From positions 686,904 through 750,903 of the forward strand of contig MU006089.1 in assembly GCA_010093705.1 (NCBI GenBank): a stretch of 64,000 nucleotides of DNA. Reading direction: 5' to 3'. This DNA is from Patellaria atrata CBS 101060 (taxonomy: Eukaryota). Every line of letters starts with the position of its first letter. The stretch's first letter is position 1. Below, piece after piece: positions 25,701 to 39,927 of this stretch. Below the pieces are notes generated by a model. That model did no database searches and was not told the DNA's origin. It was given only the letters and a program-made list of their open reading frames with translations. A program made the position numbers and the translations under genes.

Positions 25701-28700
25701 ACGTGACCATATACCCCATCATCGGTGTACTCAGATAAATAAGTTTGTAGAAGTCCCTTAATGTCTAGAGGTGCAATATTGAGGACGTTAAGAACCCAGG
25801 TCTTCGCGCGAGCCTGCAATTGAAGTAGAGTAGCGCGACGAAAAGCATAATCATCTGAGAGTTCTATTGATATGGGCTCTCTAGATGATTTGTAGGTCGA
25901 CTTCCATTCGTATTCGTCAGTATCTTGTTCTAAGCAGCTTGCCCACATAATAGTCAATAGTTCTAGCAGTGCGAATAATGAAGAACGCTGACAGAGAGCG
26001 GATGGAACTTGCTGAATGATAAGATCGGCACAACTTGTAGCAACTTGTTGTATCTTACTGATTCTATGACAACAGCCTGTGAAGAGCGTAGCCAGTTGTC
26101 TAGCCACATAAGGAGCAGAGAAAGTCCGAACAGTGCCAGTGATAGTACGGGACAAGTATGTTTGCACTGCGGACATTGCTATTGCAGACATGCAATTACC
26201 CATTGCTCCAGTCCTGAGTTTCTGATCATGGAAATAGACTAGTGACTTCGTACATATCCCGGAACGGGCCCGAAGCGTCTCAACCAGGTAGGCTGCATTC
26301 AGAAATACCGTCTCAGAGTAACTAAGCGATCGGATATCTGATTCACAGGATGGAAGTGCCTCAATCAAGTGTTTCTTCTGTTCTACCGCATGCTCGCCAC
26401 CCTTTCCGCGCCGCAATGTGGTATTAAGTTCGATATCACTGTCCATTTGATCCACACGGTCCTCAGTAATGAGTGGTCGACTAAACTGTGCTAGTATCTC
26501 AAGCTCCTGAGAGTATTTTCTGCCGAGTGGAGAACTGAGGTGGAAACCATGAACGACGACGTTGAACCAAGAATCCCGCTGCATAATAACCAAATGTTCA
26601 TTAATGTCATCTCGATCGACCTGCGGACGATTTTCAGCAACAAGAATTGCTAACGGCGAAAGAAGTTGGGCTATCTCATGAGCAGCGAGCTCAACATCAG
26701 ATAGTTTTGTATTCTGGCCTTGGTGTGCATCCCCTTTACTGATGATAGAGTCTAATAAATGTACCATATAGACTTCGTACAAGGGAGAGCCTCTTTTAAT
26801 TTCTTTGGATAGTAGCGTTCGTGCACTCATAACCTTATTGGGAACTATTAGTAAAATTCGTTTCATTGGAAAAGAAGGGCTAACTTACAGCTTCGAGCAC
26901 TAATGCGTTTTTTTGCATCAGTGCGTCCTGGCATATCTTTGAGTACAATTTTAGGAGCGACCGAAACTCATTAAGCCCGCTATGAATACCAAGGAGCGCC
27001 GTATCTTTTATTATTTGAGCATCGACAGCAAGTATTACTTTTCCAATCTTCTGAACAAGCATGGAGAGAGCTAGAGCAGTCAGTTTTTCATCCTGACAAC
27101 TTGCTGCAATCCCGGCAATCGCCTTTATCACGATAGCATAGACATTAGAGGGTTCCTCAGCATCACTAGGGGCAAGTGAAATAGCACTTCCAGTAGTCTG
27201 TTGATTGTAGATTGTTGGACTCGCACGGTGGTTCGAACTTCCATTTAAATAAAGTGAATTGATAACCGTCCTGTCAGGAATCTTGCCAGAACTCAGAATA
27301 TTTCCTAAACTGTATAATGTTGTTATAACTGCATCTTGTGGAAGGAGTTTGAGGATCGATCCTAGGCTGTCTGCGGCAACAGAAGCTGTGCGGCTTTCTA
27401 GGCCGCCTTGGACGATAATACGGGGAAGCGAACGACTGAGCCTGGTTGCGGTTGTGGGAGACGTCTTTGCAAGTATAGCCATAGCTTTCAGAACGGTTGA
27501 AGCCAATCCCTCGTCTCCCATTTGAACAGGATCTGCAGCAGTAGTTTCGAGCCATGACAAAAGAAGACTGGGCTCTGCGACTTCTTTATCGCTTACAGTG
27601 CAACAGAGAAACGTCACAATAGCATTGGACTTGACAGCAGATGCTAGACGTTGTTGCCAGGATGAACCGAGTTGAAGATAGTCAGAACCATCCTCCAGGA
27701 GTTGCATTATGTCCGCTGAGATTCCAGCGAGACCTTGTATTAATCCCTCATCAGTAAAGTCGGATTCGGAGCTGTTACTCTGTGGATTAGATTGTAAATG
27801 ATCAAGTACCGAAGTCTTCGATAATATATCGGCTGGAGCTACTGTCAACGACGCAAATGAGGACACAAGCTGCATATAAGCTTGCTGTAGAAGCATTGCG
27901 CCCAATGGTCGACCCAACCCGGCATAATGCTTGCAAAATTTCTTCCAATATTTTAATGATTTATAATGAGGTCGGGCATTCCGAATTAGCGATAATGCTG
28001 TCTCGAGCGTGACCATGAACCTTTCGGATAATTCACGTTGTAGACGTTCTACAAGCTCCAATCGCTCAGAGGATGTCCAGAATCTTGCGTTCTCAGCAGC
28101 AGCGTCTAAGAATCCTAGAAGGGAGGTAACCAGTCTGATTATCTGAGCCAGGTTATGCTCCTCCTCCTGACTGATCTCGCCCCCGCTATCGTCGAACTGA
28201 TCTCTTGCGATAGCTCCCGCAATATGCGCCCATCCATCAATATACGTTTCTATGGCGGATACGACCCTCGGCCGAAGGGACGAGTGTGTTAAGCCTAGGT
28301 TTAACAACGCGGACGAAAGATTATAGGTAAGGGCTTCCCATGGTGAAGGGTCTATGACTCGTAGGGTAGGTGATTGAGAGACAACCTGACTATGTGATTC
28401 GGGGAGATACGGAGAAAGTTGGCGTAGGAGTTGTTCAGCAGACTTAATGTCTTGTACTAAGTGAGATGCTTTGCATAGAGCGAATATGACCTCAAGCTCC
28501 CCAAGTTGCTGTGATGGCTGTCAGCCCGTGCAAGCCGCTTTTATAACAGTGGGTTAACGAACCATAGGAACTTTAAAAATGCCATGTTTTGATGACGCTG
28601 GAGCAGTGTCTATACCATTGGGCGCAACAGATGCGCCAGGACATAATTTACAAAGTTTTGTGAGATCTGAGCCACCTTTCTGGGACGTCGAGCTAGTTGC

Positions 28701-28797
28701 TGAGAGCTCCGCGAGTTTCTGGAGGGCCTCCCGTCGTAAACTGCGCGCCAGAAGTTAGTATAATGCAATTGACAAGTAAGTGGACGAACCTTTTCAT
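22709..28797 (-). CDS. STT4: Phosphatidylinositol 4-kinase type III alpha (Stt4), 6 exons
   Basis: Kinase motifs PLQSHAKAPY, AIFKVGDDCRQDVLALQ, KDRHNGNI and HIDFGF, the PIK helical domain (FFYVPQIVQTLRYD), and the C-terminus YDQFQLLTNGIPY. ATG at 28797 (MKSLRREAL); five introns link the ORF fragments. Confidence 0.95.
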
Positions 28798-29200
28798 GGC
28801 TGTTTTTACTTCAGTAGTTAACGGTAATCAAGACGGGAAGTTCAATCTGTGGTTGTCGGGATTGGAGGTAGTGCATCTTCAAACTTGTGACGAAATAGTT
28901 CGGCACGGTTGCGGATCGCGCGAATAGCTTCAATTTATCACATCACATAGACTTACAAACTCCCAAATCAAGAATTACGCAAACAGATCAAAGATTTCAT
29001 AATGCCAGTATCTAAATATTCGACACCGAGATAACTAAGGTATCCATCCAACAAATCCGCGCACTGACCCTTCGCACCGTTCCCTTTCCTAGTACATTAT
29101 CATGACCGACCGGTTAGCCAACCGGCCAACCTCCCAGCGCCTGGTCGCCTACAATGCTCGTACATAAATTAGAAAATGGTATCCGCTTATATCAAGGCAA

Positions 29201-31764
29201 TCATTCAGGCTCTGCTATTTCTGCAGTATGGTCTCTCCGTATCGTTAACTCCTGCCACCCTTCCTCGTTGTTTATGATGAGACCTTTCTCATTAGCTAAA
29301 TGTAATAAACAAATGAAGCAGTAAGACGTTGAGATGTCTGCCATAGCTTGCTTTGGGTATACCGCTTGCAAGTTGTTCATAACTTGGGTGAACTTCAGCG
29401 ATCCATCAGGCGCCTGGTCAGCAACCACAGCTGGCGGTCGTGATGGAGTTTCAGGTGGAGCAGCCTCCTATCATCTTATTAGTATACTAGTCAAAGTCAC
29501 TATAGATTGTCTTATTGTCACCTTTTCATACCCAATACCTCTCCATAGTTCCTCTTTCAATCGTCTCACATCCACCTTCTTCGCCACACGCGCATACTGT
29601 ACGTATTCTGGCCTCAATCGTCGACTTTGTGTAACGAGTTGAGCACCAAACGCACCTTCCTGGCTTCCGGCTAGAACGTCACCTAAAGCCGCTGCTGCAC
29701 CAGCTTCACCTTCTACTGGAGGAGAGAAGTGATCTCGAGCGTCGGCAAAGTCATCATCATCGTCATCTAGTCCGGCACCCATACCAAGTCCATCATCTTG
29801 GAAGAAATTGGCGTCATAGTCTCCATGTGGTACTTCATCATCTGGATGAGATGTAACAGGGTCCTCCTTTGTAGCCCAAAACGCTTCGTCCACTTCCCCT
29901 TCCGGCATTTCAGTCCTTCCTGAAGACAGACCTTTTTGGGCAGACTTTCTTGAACCAGCACGAGCCTTAGGTTTGAGGAAAAGACTGAGTAACTGCCGGG
30001 AGTTGAAGTGCTTATCATCTGGCAGTAGGTTTCTCGTCTTAGACCTCCACTGAGCTTTTGGTAATAAGATTGTAGAACTCGAGGTAGCAGATGTGTATAG
30101 TGCGTCTGCGATCGCCTGGCTCATGGGCGCAGCGAAGTCGATTGCAAAGGGTTCCTTTTCTTTACGTTTCGTCGGTCCAGCGCTGTTTGCTTTAGAAAGG
30201 TCCTTGATCTTACGTATCCGCCAATGTTCGGGTCCAGCCCAGTTCTTTTGTAGTGCTTGATCGAAGTAATTAAGAATATTCTCATGGTCATCTTGCTTCC
30301 CTTGAGTTAAGGCGATAGCATAGTCTTCATTCCCAGTTTTAAAGCCTCCCACCTCGCCTATATCTTCCTCCCCAATCACGTCTGGATCATCCAATCCTAT
30401 ATTATGAATTCTCATTTGAGGCTCAATAGCTGCTTCTTTGGCCCATGCTTCCCCACCTTCGCCGAAGCCGGTTTCTGGGGGTAAATCAAAGCCGTCTAGA
30501 CCGTCGTCATCGTCAAACCCCATCGCATTATCTTCATCGAGGAAGATGCCCGATCTATTACCACCATCGCGCCCATGGTCATCTTGATCTTGGTCTTGCT
30601 GCCAGTCCTCTGGCGCCTTGAGAAAGGGAAGGTCCATGGCACCATTTGTATCTCCAAGATCCAGGTTCTTCAGTGATGGGCAAATGTCTTGCTCGTCTAA
30701 CTTTGTGAGATCCGGAAAGAATTTAGAGGCTAGCCCAGCGATATAAATCTCGACATCTTCGTCTTGCTCTAGTTGTACCGGTTCCTCGCTGTGCTCGACG
30801 TCCACACCCGTGCTCTCTCTTCGATCAGATGCGGATGCGTCTTGAGTATCATCACTACTGTCGAATACTATTCGGCCTTGTCCATCAATTGCGAGGTGAT
30901 TAAGGAGAAGACCTTTGGCGCCACCTTCATCGAAATCTGCAGAAGCTTTTTTGAAGAGTGGATCTACTGAGAATTCAAGCTCCATCTTTTTAAGTTGTAG
31001 TTGGGCGAAAGATGAGACCAGCGTTGCTTCTGACGATCGTACCGCCCTTTTCCTTTTCTTTTTGACACCATCTTCACCCTCTTCGTCTTCTTCATCTTCC
31101 CCTCCTTCTCCACCCTCTCCTTCTTCATCCTTGGGCTTTTTATTTCCACTGTCTGCCAAACCACTGAGTAGTTTCCCTGTTTCGGTTGCAACACTGTCCA
31201 CTCTGGAAGTATAAATCTTCACGCAGCCGTCAAGGGTACAGCTAGCGCGCTGGAAATTAACACCGTCACCTTCTTTGAGGAGTGACATGTCGTGAAAGTA
31301 GTCGATGAGCGCAAAATTCCAGGAGTTTGTCGCATTAATTTTCTGCGCCGCATCAGCCACCACACTTAATCGTAACGAACATCCTTCATATTCTTACATT
31401 ATCAGTCGCCATTTTCATCCATTCTTCAAAATTGGCTAATATTGGAACTCTCTTCATAGGAGTAACCGCTGCACCTCCCACTGTCATACCTTCATCCTCT
31501 TGATCTGGCGTTCGCGGGCTACCTCCAATTAATGATAACCTCTTTCTAGCAGGAGTCGCGGCGGCGCGGATCTGGTTCATTTGGGTTTCGTGAAGCGCTT
31601 GTCGCGAATGGAGACGGTTTGCTTTCTCTTTCCGATCGTCATTGAGAGGGATTCTAAGTACATTAGTATTATGACGCTGAGAATTGAGCGCACAGTTTTC
31701 CGTACCTCATGGGTGTCTTGTGCGGCGTCGCCGCGGACACGTAAGGTTCACGTGCTCGAGGCAT
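29201..31764 (-). CDS. BRN1: Condensin kleisin subunit (Brn1/Cnd2/barren), 4 exons
   Basis: NFEEWMKMATDN|KINATNSWNFALIDYF, NFQRASCTLDGCVKIYTSRVDSV, DPLFKKASADFDEGGAKGLL, NWAGPEHWR, YARVAKKVDVRRLK and CFICLLHLANEKGL. Confidence 0.95.
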
Positions 31765-32360
31765 CTTCAATAAAATCCTTACAATGTAGGGAGGTCAAGT
31801 ACATTCAATTATTATAATTCGCGCGACAAGGGTGCGCAAAAGCGAACGGTTAGATTTGTATGCTGAATTTTATGTTTCGTCGCACGATAGGTCGGTTCCT
31901 CTGGTGTTAAGTCTAAACAAACAAACGGTACATCTTCGGCAAATTGATGCGCGACCACCGCTCTCGACATCCAACTTCATGTCCTAATATCAACTTTCCT
32001 ATTTTCATGTCGTCTCTTGTCAAATAGCCTGGCAATTATTATTAATCAAGCTTCAGAGTACACTTCAGAGTGACAATTCTCTAGAGACGAGAAAGAGGCC
32101 GTCAAATAGTATTTCTCTAGCACTCTAAATAATATTCGCTGAAAAGAATTCCCCCAGAAAAGATAGAACACCACCATGATCATGAATGTTACCTCTTTCG
32201 TACTGCTTTCCCGGAAGTAATAAATTATTAATTCTGCAGCTGAAATTGGGTGTATGCAGTCGTCTAACATCTGTTCTAGAGCTACATCATCCCATCTAAA
32301 CGCCGTACTCAGAAAGCACCACAGCGTACTCGAGTCGCTACCGGCAGTTTGGACTCACAA

Positions 32361-33067
32361 CTAATTGCCGATAGTACAATCCATACTACGTCTGGGCTCA
32401 ATCAGTAATTGTCTAGGATATGATAAATTATACCCCAAAATACGGCCTAGGCCAGCAAATGGATCGGGGGTGACCGGCAAACGCCCATATCTCTCTGATG
32501 GCCCTTCATTAACTATTAGTCGACTGGAATAAATACCGACAGATATTCTTACCCGGTACTTATTACTTGGAACCATTAACTGCCATCCCAATATCCCCAT
32601 TTCTGAGCACCTTTGTTGGAATCCGCTTGGGCGCCGCTTTTGGGGCATTTTGTATAGGACTGGGGATGTGCTGGTATGTTCTGGGCTGGGGTCTGCTCTG
32701 CTGGGTTAGCGGTGATATGGAACTTGCCGATAGGCATACCGCGTTCATCTTCGACCACGCCCGTTGAATGCTTAGTCGGATCCTCAACGGTTTCATGATT
32801 CAAGGAACTGTGGAGAATTCGTTAACAAAGTTACACCACGGACTGCACAGAATAGGTTTGCTCTTATGTGAGGACCACTTTGCTAGCTTTACCTACTATT
32901 TCCTCTGGGAACATATCGGGCGTACTAACCGCATCCTGTGCCCTATTTAGAGTCTCAGCTGGCAGCTCCTGGTCCAGTGCCTCTACTGGACGGTAGAAGA
33001 GGTTCCCCTTACTAGTGTTAACCCATTTTGTAACACTGACTACAGTGGTCTTGCAATCCCGAATCAC
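32361..33067 (-). pseudogene. Possible decayed ORF of unknown family
   Basis: ORFs 32864-33067 and 32576-32803 are in one frame interrupted by four TAA codons. A GTAAGA...CTAAT...AAG intron-like segment follows, then open codons to 32361. No motif recognised. Confidence 0.3.
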
Positions 33068-33693
33068 ACGTTTTAATATTGGTGTACTAGATCCAAAAGT
33101 TGATAATTGTCTAGAGAATTCGAGGGCCTGAGATAGTCGTTATTACAGGGGGAACGCCCACAGAATACGAATGGACATGTCTTATATCTACTGCACGCAA
33201 ACGGCTATGTAAGTGTCGATGTCCGTAAGTCATGAATGGATTGTCCGTTGCCGTGCATGCGCTGTAAAGTTCTATTGCATCGTCCTAATTCTTTATTATT
33301 CTTGGAGTCGCAAAAGGTCACCAGTAGTCCATCGGGACCATTTCTTTATAGTCACGCCGGTAAAAAATGTCAGCAGCTTCACCCAAGTGCTTTATTCCTT
33401 TGGTCACAGGATATACGCTTAAGAGATGGTTTCATTCAAGAAACATCATATTCACCTCAAGAGGTAATTTTGCATTTATTGTACAACTTTTGAGTATTGA
33501 TGCAAGCAATAGAAGAAAGAGGGGGACTAATTTAGACAGCTACCCGATAAGTGAGGGTTACAGAATTATCGACGCTCCGGAGATGTGAGTTGTTCACTGA
33601 GAGACTCGTAGCTTCGACATCCTGAAGTCGAAGTGAGCAATGCAGTCGTATCAATTTCGTTTGGTTATAGCGCCAAATATACGGATATATCCG

Positions 33694-34925
33694 TTACGAA
33701 ACCGATGTGATGAAGGGATGCTGTAAAGCTTCTTCAGCGGTGGGTCGCTGTGCAGGGTCAATAACCAAGAGATACTCAATGAAACCAGCACACTGTACTG
33801 AGCAGACGTCAGGGGGAAGCTCTTCTAACTCCTGCCGCAACAGTTCTAACGTTATGAAAGGCTCCCGTTGGCCAGTCAAAGGATTGTCAAACTCCGATTG
33901 TTCAAGGTCGTGTGCGAGTTCAAACTCGTCCTTGTCCATCACGTCCTCAGGAAAATTTATTAGCCCTATAAGCCGCACAATCTTGGCGAGGCACCAAGAA
34001 TTACTGTGGTCTTCGATAAACTTTTCTCCTGGACCGAACAAGGTGCGAGACTTAAGCTAGTGAACCAGCTGCAAATGTTAGCAAGTTGCGGGATAGGAAT
34101 ATAGGTATCACTTCTACATACGGTTACTTCCAGAGACCAAATATCAGAGCCGTGCCAGATTCCAAGGCCTTTCCACACTTCTGGAGCTCGCGTCTCGTGG
34201 GTTTAACCACATATGCTGTTCGTAGCAACACCCTCCATGAATGCTTGGATATGTCAGAGAGATAGACCATATTGAACATAGTCTAGTATGACTCACCATT
34301 GTCCAGGACCGAGTTTCATCGTGGGTTTGGGCTGGTCCACATTGGAGGGAATATATTGTTCGGATTCACGTCTGTACCATTTCATGAGGTGAGATTGATG
34401 CCTGAGACGATGTCACAACTTACCGGTATGTTCAGCATTGAGGCTATGGAACACAGCTAGTGCTTCGAGGACCGACTTTGCGACAATCCGAGGCAAGTTT
34501 AGATCTGCTAATTTGCCGAACGGTCGTAACTTCCACAGGTCGGTATCCATTCAATCCAGAACCAATTTTGAGTTAATCTCTAATTTTGGTGAAAAGGCTC
34601 CTGGATTAACCTGCCTGTCGATGATATTATAGAACTGTCGTATATATAAGCGCACGCTTGGACAGTAGGAACTTGATGATTGAGGATCTCCCGTTCTCTC
34701 AATATGTCTTTGATGATGACTCTGAATTATAGAAGCGTTAGCCCATGGTTTATTAGCTCAATAGTAAGAATCTTACGGTTTGAATGCGGAATCGACAGAA
34801 AAGGATGCAGAGCAACCTGGAGTATGCAAAACCTTCGCTTTGTATATAAGTGGTGCCTTCAAGACTTCGAGAACCTCATATGAACCTTTACGGCCAACAA
34901 GAACACAATTGATGGAAGAGGCCAT
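33694..34925 (-). pseudogene. Degenerate Ser/Thr protein kinase (fungal SRPK/CMGC-like expanded family)
   Basis: Recognisable subdomains: VIIK, YIRQFY, LVLD*MDTDLW, HT|DVNPNNIF, a damaged KLG(D), RAPEVWKG...SDIWSL, and FIEYLLVIDPAQRPTAEEALQHPF. Stops fall at Trp positions (TGA 34551-34553, TAG 34057-34059), with several frameshifts. Confidence 0.8.
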
Positions 34926-35578
34926 TACAGCAAAACTCTTATCAATCAACGGTAATGAATAGCAGTGTTACCAATCAAAGGTCGCTGTCTATGCGGAAGA
35001 AGCTGCACACATTCTCGTTTCACGTCGTTCTACAGGAGCAGTGGATGTAGGGTAGTAGCACAATGATATATTTGTGAGGTACTCTAGAACTAGATGGGCC
35101 GAGATTTTTCCTATTGGTCGTCTAATTACCTTTTATAGTAAGTAATAAAAACCTGAAGGTAAGAGTCCCTTTACTGGTACGATATGCACGATTGTACCGT
35201 CCATGAACGGCCCGTGAAGTCGGAAGTCCCTTCCATTGTTAATACTCTCGGCTTGCTTATTAATTACCCGAACGTCGGCTGCTGAGCTGGCTGCCATGTT
35301 AGTCACAATTGTGGCTTAGGTTGGATTCGGGGACAAACCAAAAGTATCTTAACGCACCGCGGCATCCCGTCATCAAACACCAAAGGCATCCACCCTGCGC
35401 ATTTCCTGGAACTTGGCTCAACACTTCCCTTCGACTTCATGCACAGCAAACTTCGACATTGATTACTATTCTTTACTTATCATTCTTTCCATTACATCCT
35501 AGATGCTTCATGTCTGTCATTGAAAGCGCTATGAAGCCGTCATGACATTCCGTCTCGCCCTATCTATCCCCAGCTAAC

Positions 35579-38500
35579 ATGTCCCCTCATGAGACCCCCA
35601 ACCGACGGCGCAGATATTCTGTGCGCGCATTTTATCTCTCTATTCTGATTACTCTTGGCCTAGCTACAATAGTATTTATTGTAGACAAGGCATCTTTAGG
35701 AGCTCGCCAAAGCGACCACGGAGCGTTGCTGCGTAGAGCACTCGATCCGCAACGCCATAACCATGAAGCAGCACCCGCTATCGAGGTACAATACACCCAT
35801 ATTTCTAGAAGAACATAGCCAAATACTAAAGTTACTCCCACTAGTGTCGTCTCGTCCATGATGCAAAAGACAAATGCGCGTTTGTCCGTGCCAACTGCCC
35901 CGATGAAGAAGCTGGTATCTTCTCTTACCTGTCTCTATACTATTGCTATATGCCTCAAGCACAAGGTGTTGCATTCGCGATAATGGTCATGTGGTTGGGC
36001 CTCCTGTTCAGTACTATCGGTATCGCAGCCAGCGACTTCTTTTGCGTCAACTTGAGCACAATCTCCAACCTCCTGGGAATGAGCGAGAGCATGGCCGGTG
36101 TTACATTCTTAGCTTTCGGAAATGGTAGTCCGGACGTCTTCTCGACATTTGCAGCTATGAGCACAAACAGTGGGAGTTTAGCTGTTGGAGAATTGATTGG
36201 TGCTGCCGGGTTTATCACTGCCGTGGTAGCTGGTTCTATGGCGTTGGTGCGGCCATTTAACGTCGCGAGAAAGAGTTTCATACGGGACGTTGGATTTTTC
36301 ATTGTTGCGGCAGCATTTAGCATGGTATTCTTATATGATGGGAAGCTGTATCTATGGGAGTGCTGCGTCATGGTGGGTTTCTATATCTTCTACGTCTGTT
36401 TCGTAGTCTTCTGGCATTGGTGGCTAGGGAGACGGCGAAGGAGAAGGCAGAAAGAATTCGCAGTTAGGAGCCAGTATATTACCCCTGGGGGTGAAGAGCA
36501 GGAAATTGAACCCTATCATGACGAGGACGACGAGAATGTCAATGACCACCCTACGCCTTCCCGTGGAGTATCCGTCGATGATATCACTACGTTAGAAAGA
36601 GGTGCAGAGGACACTGGACCAGAATTAGAAGACGATGATGAAGAAGAGTTTCGGGAACGTTGGATGGGTGAATTGAGCAGTAACATGAGGTTGAATCGAC
36701 CTGCAATTGGGGAAAGACGGCTTACACAAGTCCCAATTCGGCCAAGTTTAGTCGGTGCCCTCGAATTTCGCGCTGTCTTATCTTCTCTTCAAAAATCGAG
36801 AAACATCCAATCCATGCCGTTACATATGCGAAGGTATTCCGATGATCCAGCTTTCACCACGGCCCAGCAACAGAATGTATTGTCAAGCAACTCGGATCCT
36901 GCATCTCGCCCGCCATACGATATACAGGAGGGTAGTTCTGATATATCTCCGTATGTTTCAAGACCTGGCCTTGACTACTCTTCCAATATGGGCAATCGGG
37001 CCCGTGCTGTGTCTGTGAACGATGTCGAAGGTCTTCGCTATAACCCTGATGCTATTCTTACGAATAAAACAAACGTTCCTAGTATCGATCTCCTTGGGCC
37101 CTTACCTGAAGATAATGAACACAGCTCCTCACCTAGTACAAGACCGGACGATCTTGGCCGAATCGGTAGACCAACTTCCCCTAGTTTGACACTAACTCCC
37201 CCCGTTTCAGCTCATGGTTCAAGGGCGACAAGTCCGGTCCCTCCTCATCGAAGGACATCTAGGGCATCCGAATTACTTGCACCTCCAGAAGCAGTACCTC
37301 CAGGGGTTCACCAGCAGGCTAGACAAAGCACACATATGCGACAACCGTCGCAGGAGTCTCTTGAACAAACAAAGCAACTTCCCAAACTAGATATTCCAAG
37401 TGCTACGAAGAAAACCGGTTCTCCAATGTCTCCATTCCCAGCATTTTTAGAGGAGTTAGCGTCTGCGAGAAGTTCGCGTCCGCCCAGTATCAGACTACCT
37501 CCACCAAGTGCGTCTCCGGATTCTTATTTTCCCGAACGTCCGCTTGGAGAAGATGAAACACGGCCTCTTAGTTGGTGGCCGTATCGATTCCTCGTTAGTC
37601 CTGAAATCCTGTGCGCCACACTATTCCCTACGCTGTATTCTTGGCACGACAAGAACATCTGGGAAAAGTTTCTAGGAGTTGTTGCGGCACCAAGTGTATT
37701 TCTACTCGCTATCACATTACCTGTTGTTGAGTCTAGCGGGAGTGGCGGTGACAACTCCCAAGATCGAATACCCGACCTCAGTCTGGCCGGCTCATTGACG
37801 CCGTCTATGGCAGTGGGTGAACCACGCACCAAACACTCAAACCAACCGAGCTTAATCACTATACTCGAGCCGGATGAGCCAAACGATAGAGAAGTTCCAA
37901 GGACTGGCAGTCTTCCAAATGGCGAGAGCTTCGAGAGATCCTACGGTAGCGCCGCTGTCGGAGGCTATGGTCCCGGTACAGCCGGCACAGCCATCAGAGG
38001 TTCAATGGATTCTTCTAGCCGACATCAAAAGCAGACCCCATCCACGCTCTTCACAAACTCAAATGAGCGAGTCCTCCAAAGCCCCGAGCAACTTCCGACC
38101 TCCCCTCCCTCCCCCACAGGTCCCCGCGACTGGAACCGCTGGCTCATCATAACCCAGCTCTTCACAGCCCCCTTCTTCGTCATCCTAATCATCTGGGCAA
38201 ACCTCGACCCGGACTCCCCCAAGCTCCTCCTCCGCAACACCGCCATCGGCCTCATTTGCTCCCTCGCCGGTCTGCTACTGCTACTCCTCACCACGACGCC
38301 CGACCGTCCGCCGAAATGGCGCACCATGTTCTGCTTCCTCGGCTTCGTCGTCTCCATCGCTTGGATCTCCACCATCGCGAACGAAGTCGTGGGCGTGTTA
38401 AAGACAATCGGCGTCATACTAAACATCTCCGACGCTATCCTCGGCCTTACGATCTTCGCCGTCGGCAATTCGTTGGGTGACCTTGTCGCTGACATCACAG

Positions 38501-38862
38501 TCGCCCGTCTGGGGTTCCCTGTAATGGCGCTCTCCGCATGTTTCGGGGGTCCTATGTTGAATATCTTGCTAGGTATTGGGCTCAGTGGGAGTTATTTGAC
38601 GATCAAGGGAGCTAGGAAGAAACATGAACACCATCCGAGCCGCCCGATTAAGTTCAAACCCTATCATATCGATGTGAGCAGTACGTTGATGATCAGTGGG
38701 GTTACGCTGTTAGTGACACTGGTGGGATTGCTCGTGTTGGTGCCGATGAGGAAGTGGAAGATGGATCGTGTGGTGGCGGGTGCCGCAATTGGGCTGTGGA
38801 TATTGAGCACGGTGGGCAATGTAGTGGTAGAGGTAGTGGGTTGGGGTGAAAAGTGGAGTTAG
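35579..38862 (+). CDS. Cation/Ca2+ exchanger (Na_Ca_ex family, CCX/NCLX-like), 2 exons
   Basis: Alpha-1 repeat AGVTFLAFGNGSPDVFS and alpha-2 repeat LGLTIFAVGNSLGDLVAD...SACFGGPMLNILLG, separated by a large cytosolic loop. Intron at ~35786-35844. Confidence 0.92.
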
Positions 38863-39927
38863 GGGTTGTATAGGTCCCCGGAGATGTACAACTACTGGCT
38901 ATGTTTGTGGATTCTGCTTATATGGGCGTTTGAGGGTAGAACGTACATATGTACTTTCGCGTGGGGAGTTTCTTTCAAATTTGGATACCCAGAGAGTGAG
39001 GTCTGGATTCGGGGAAGTGTACAGAGCAGTATCATCAATCGTAGACGTTTTTTTCGTTCGATATTTACATGCCGGGGCCTTGTCCTTCGAGCTGTACCCG
39101 ACTAGGACGAAATCAAATCTCGAGTCGACAAACTCTAGACTTACCCAGGTCTAGGATGTTTTCAATACACGCCGTTAGAGGAAAAGGTTGGAACAGCAGT
39201 ACGATCTCTCCTCAACCCCTATATCCAGAGTAACTCAAGTAAGGTCTGAATACTCAGTACCGTGTGACCAATCCATATTGAACCCCTATCCGCCCACATT
39301 CCGCCTCCATACACCCTCGACAAAGTTCATGTATGTCGAGGGCCCTCCGGTACAGTACGACGCAAGACCCAGCTGAAAAGTATTTATCCAAAAGCCCGAA
39401 GTGGCTCGGGCTAGACTAAGCATAGATGCCAAGGTATACAAGGTAGTAATTTACATCTTTCCAGTATGAATTCTACTGTATTCTACTCTGGCCCTCTGGT
39501 CGGAGTCCGGTGATTGGCGCGCTGAACGCTTCTTGTACGGATGCTGGCGTACCGAAAATTTCGAGCAATTTCCGACTTTCTTAGAATCCACGGTTAGGTA
39601 GCTTGTACGAATTTGCGTCAAGTTGTACATTTACACTGTTTATATGCTGCAGCCGGAGGGGCCCTTTAAAATAAATGTGCTGTACTCTAGACTGCCGCAA
39701 CAGGGGGAGGAGGACGAGGTGCTTCTACCTCGGCCAAGGTGTACAGCAATTTCTGCGAATCAGAGCTCCTATCCGAGTAAAGATAATATTTGCACAGCCC
39801 AAGGACCCCGTGTTCGTGGCTTGCAAACTAAAGACTCTGGTGAGGCAGTTTCATGCTGCTCCGAGGTTGAACATAGATTATGTCTTCTTCAGTGCAAAGG
39901 GAGGTTTGTACTGACCTACCATCTTCC

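Noticed and set aside
33694..34925. Kinase whose Trp-position stops might be repaired by A-to-I editing (as for some sexual-stage genes in Sordariomycetes)
   Set aside because: The locus also has several frameshifts and a damaged DFG-equivalent motif that editing cannot fix; ordinary pseudogenisation is simpler.
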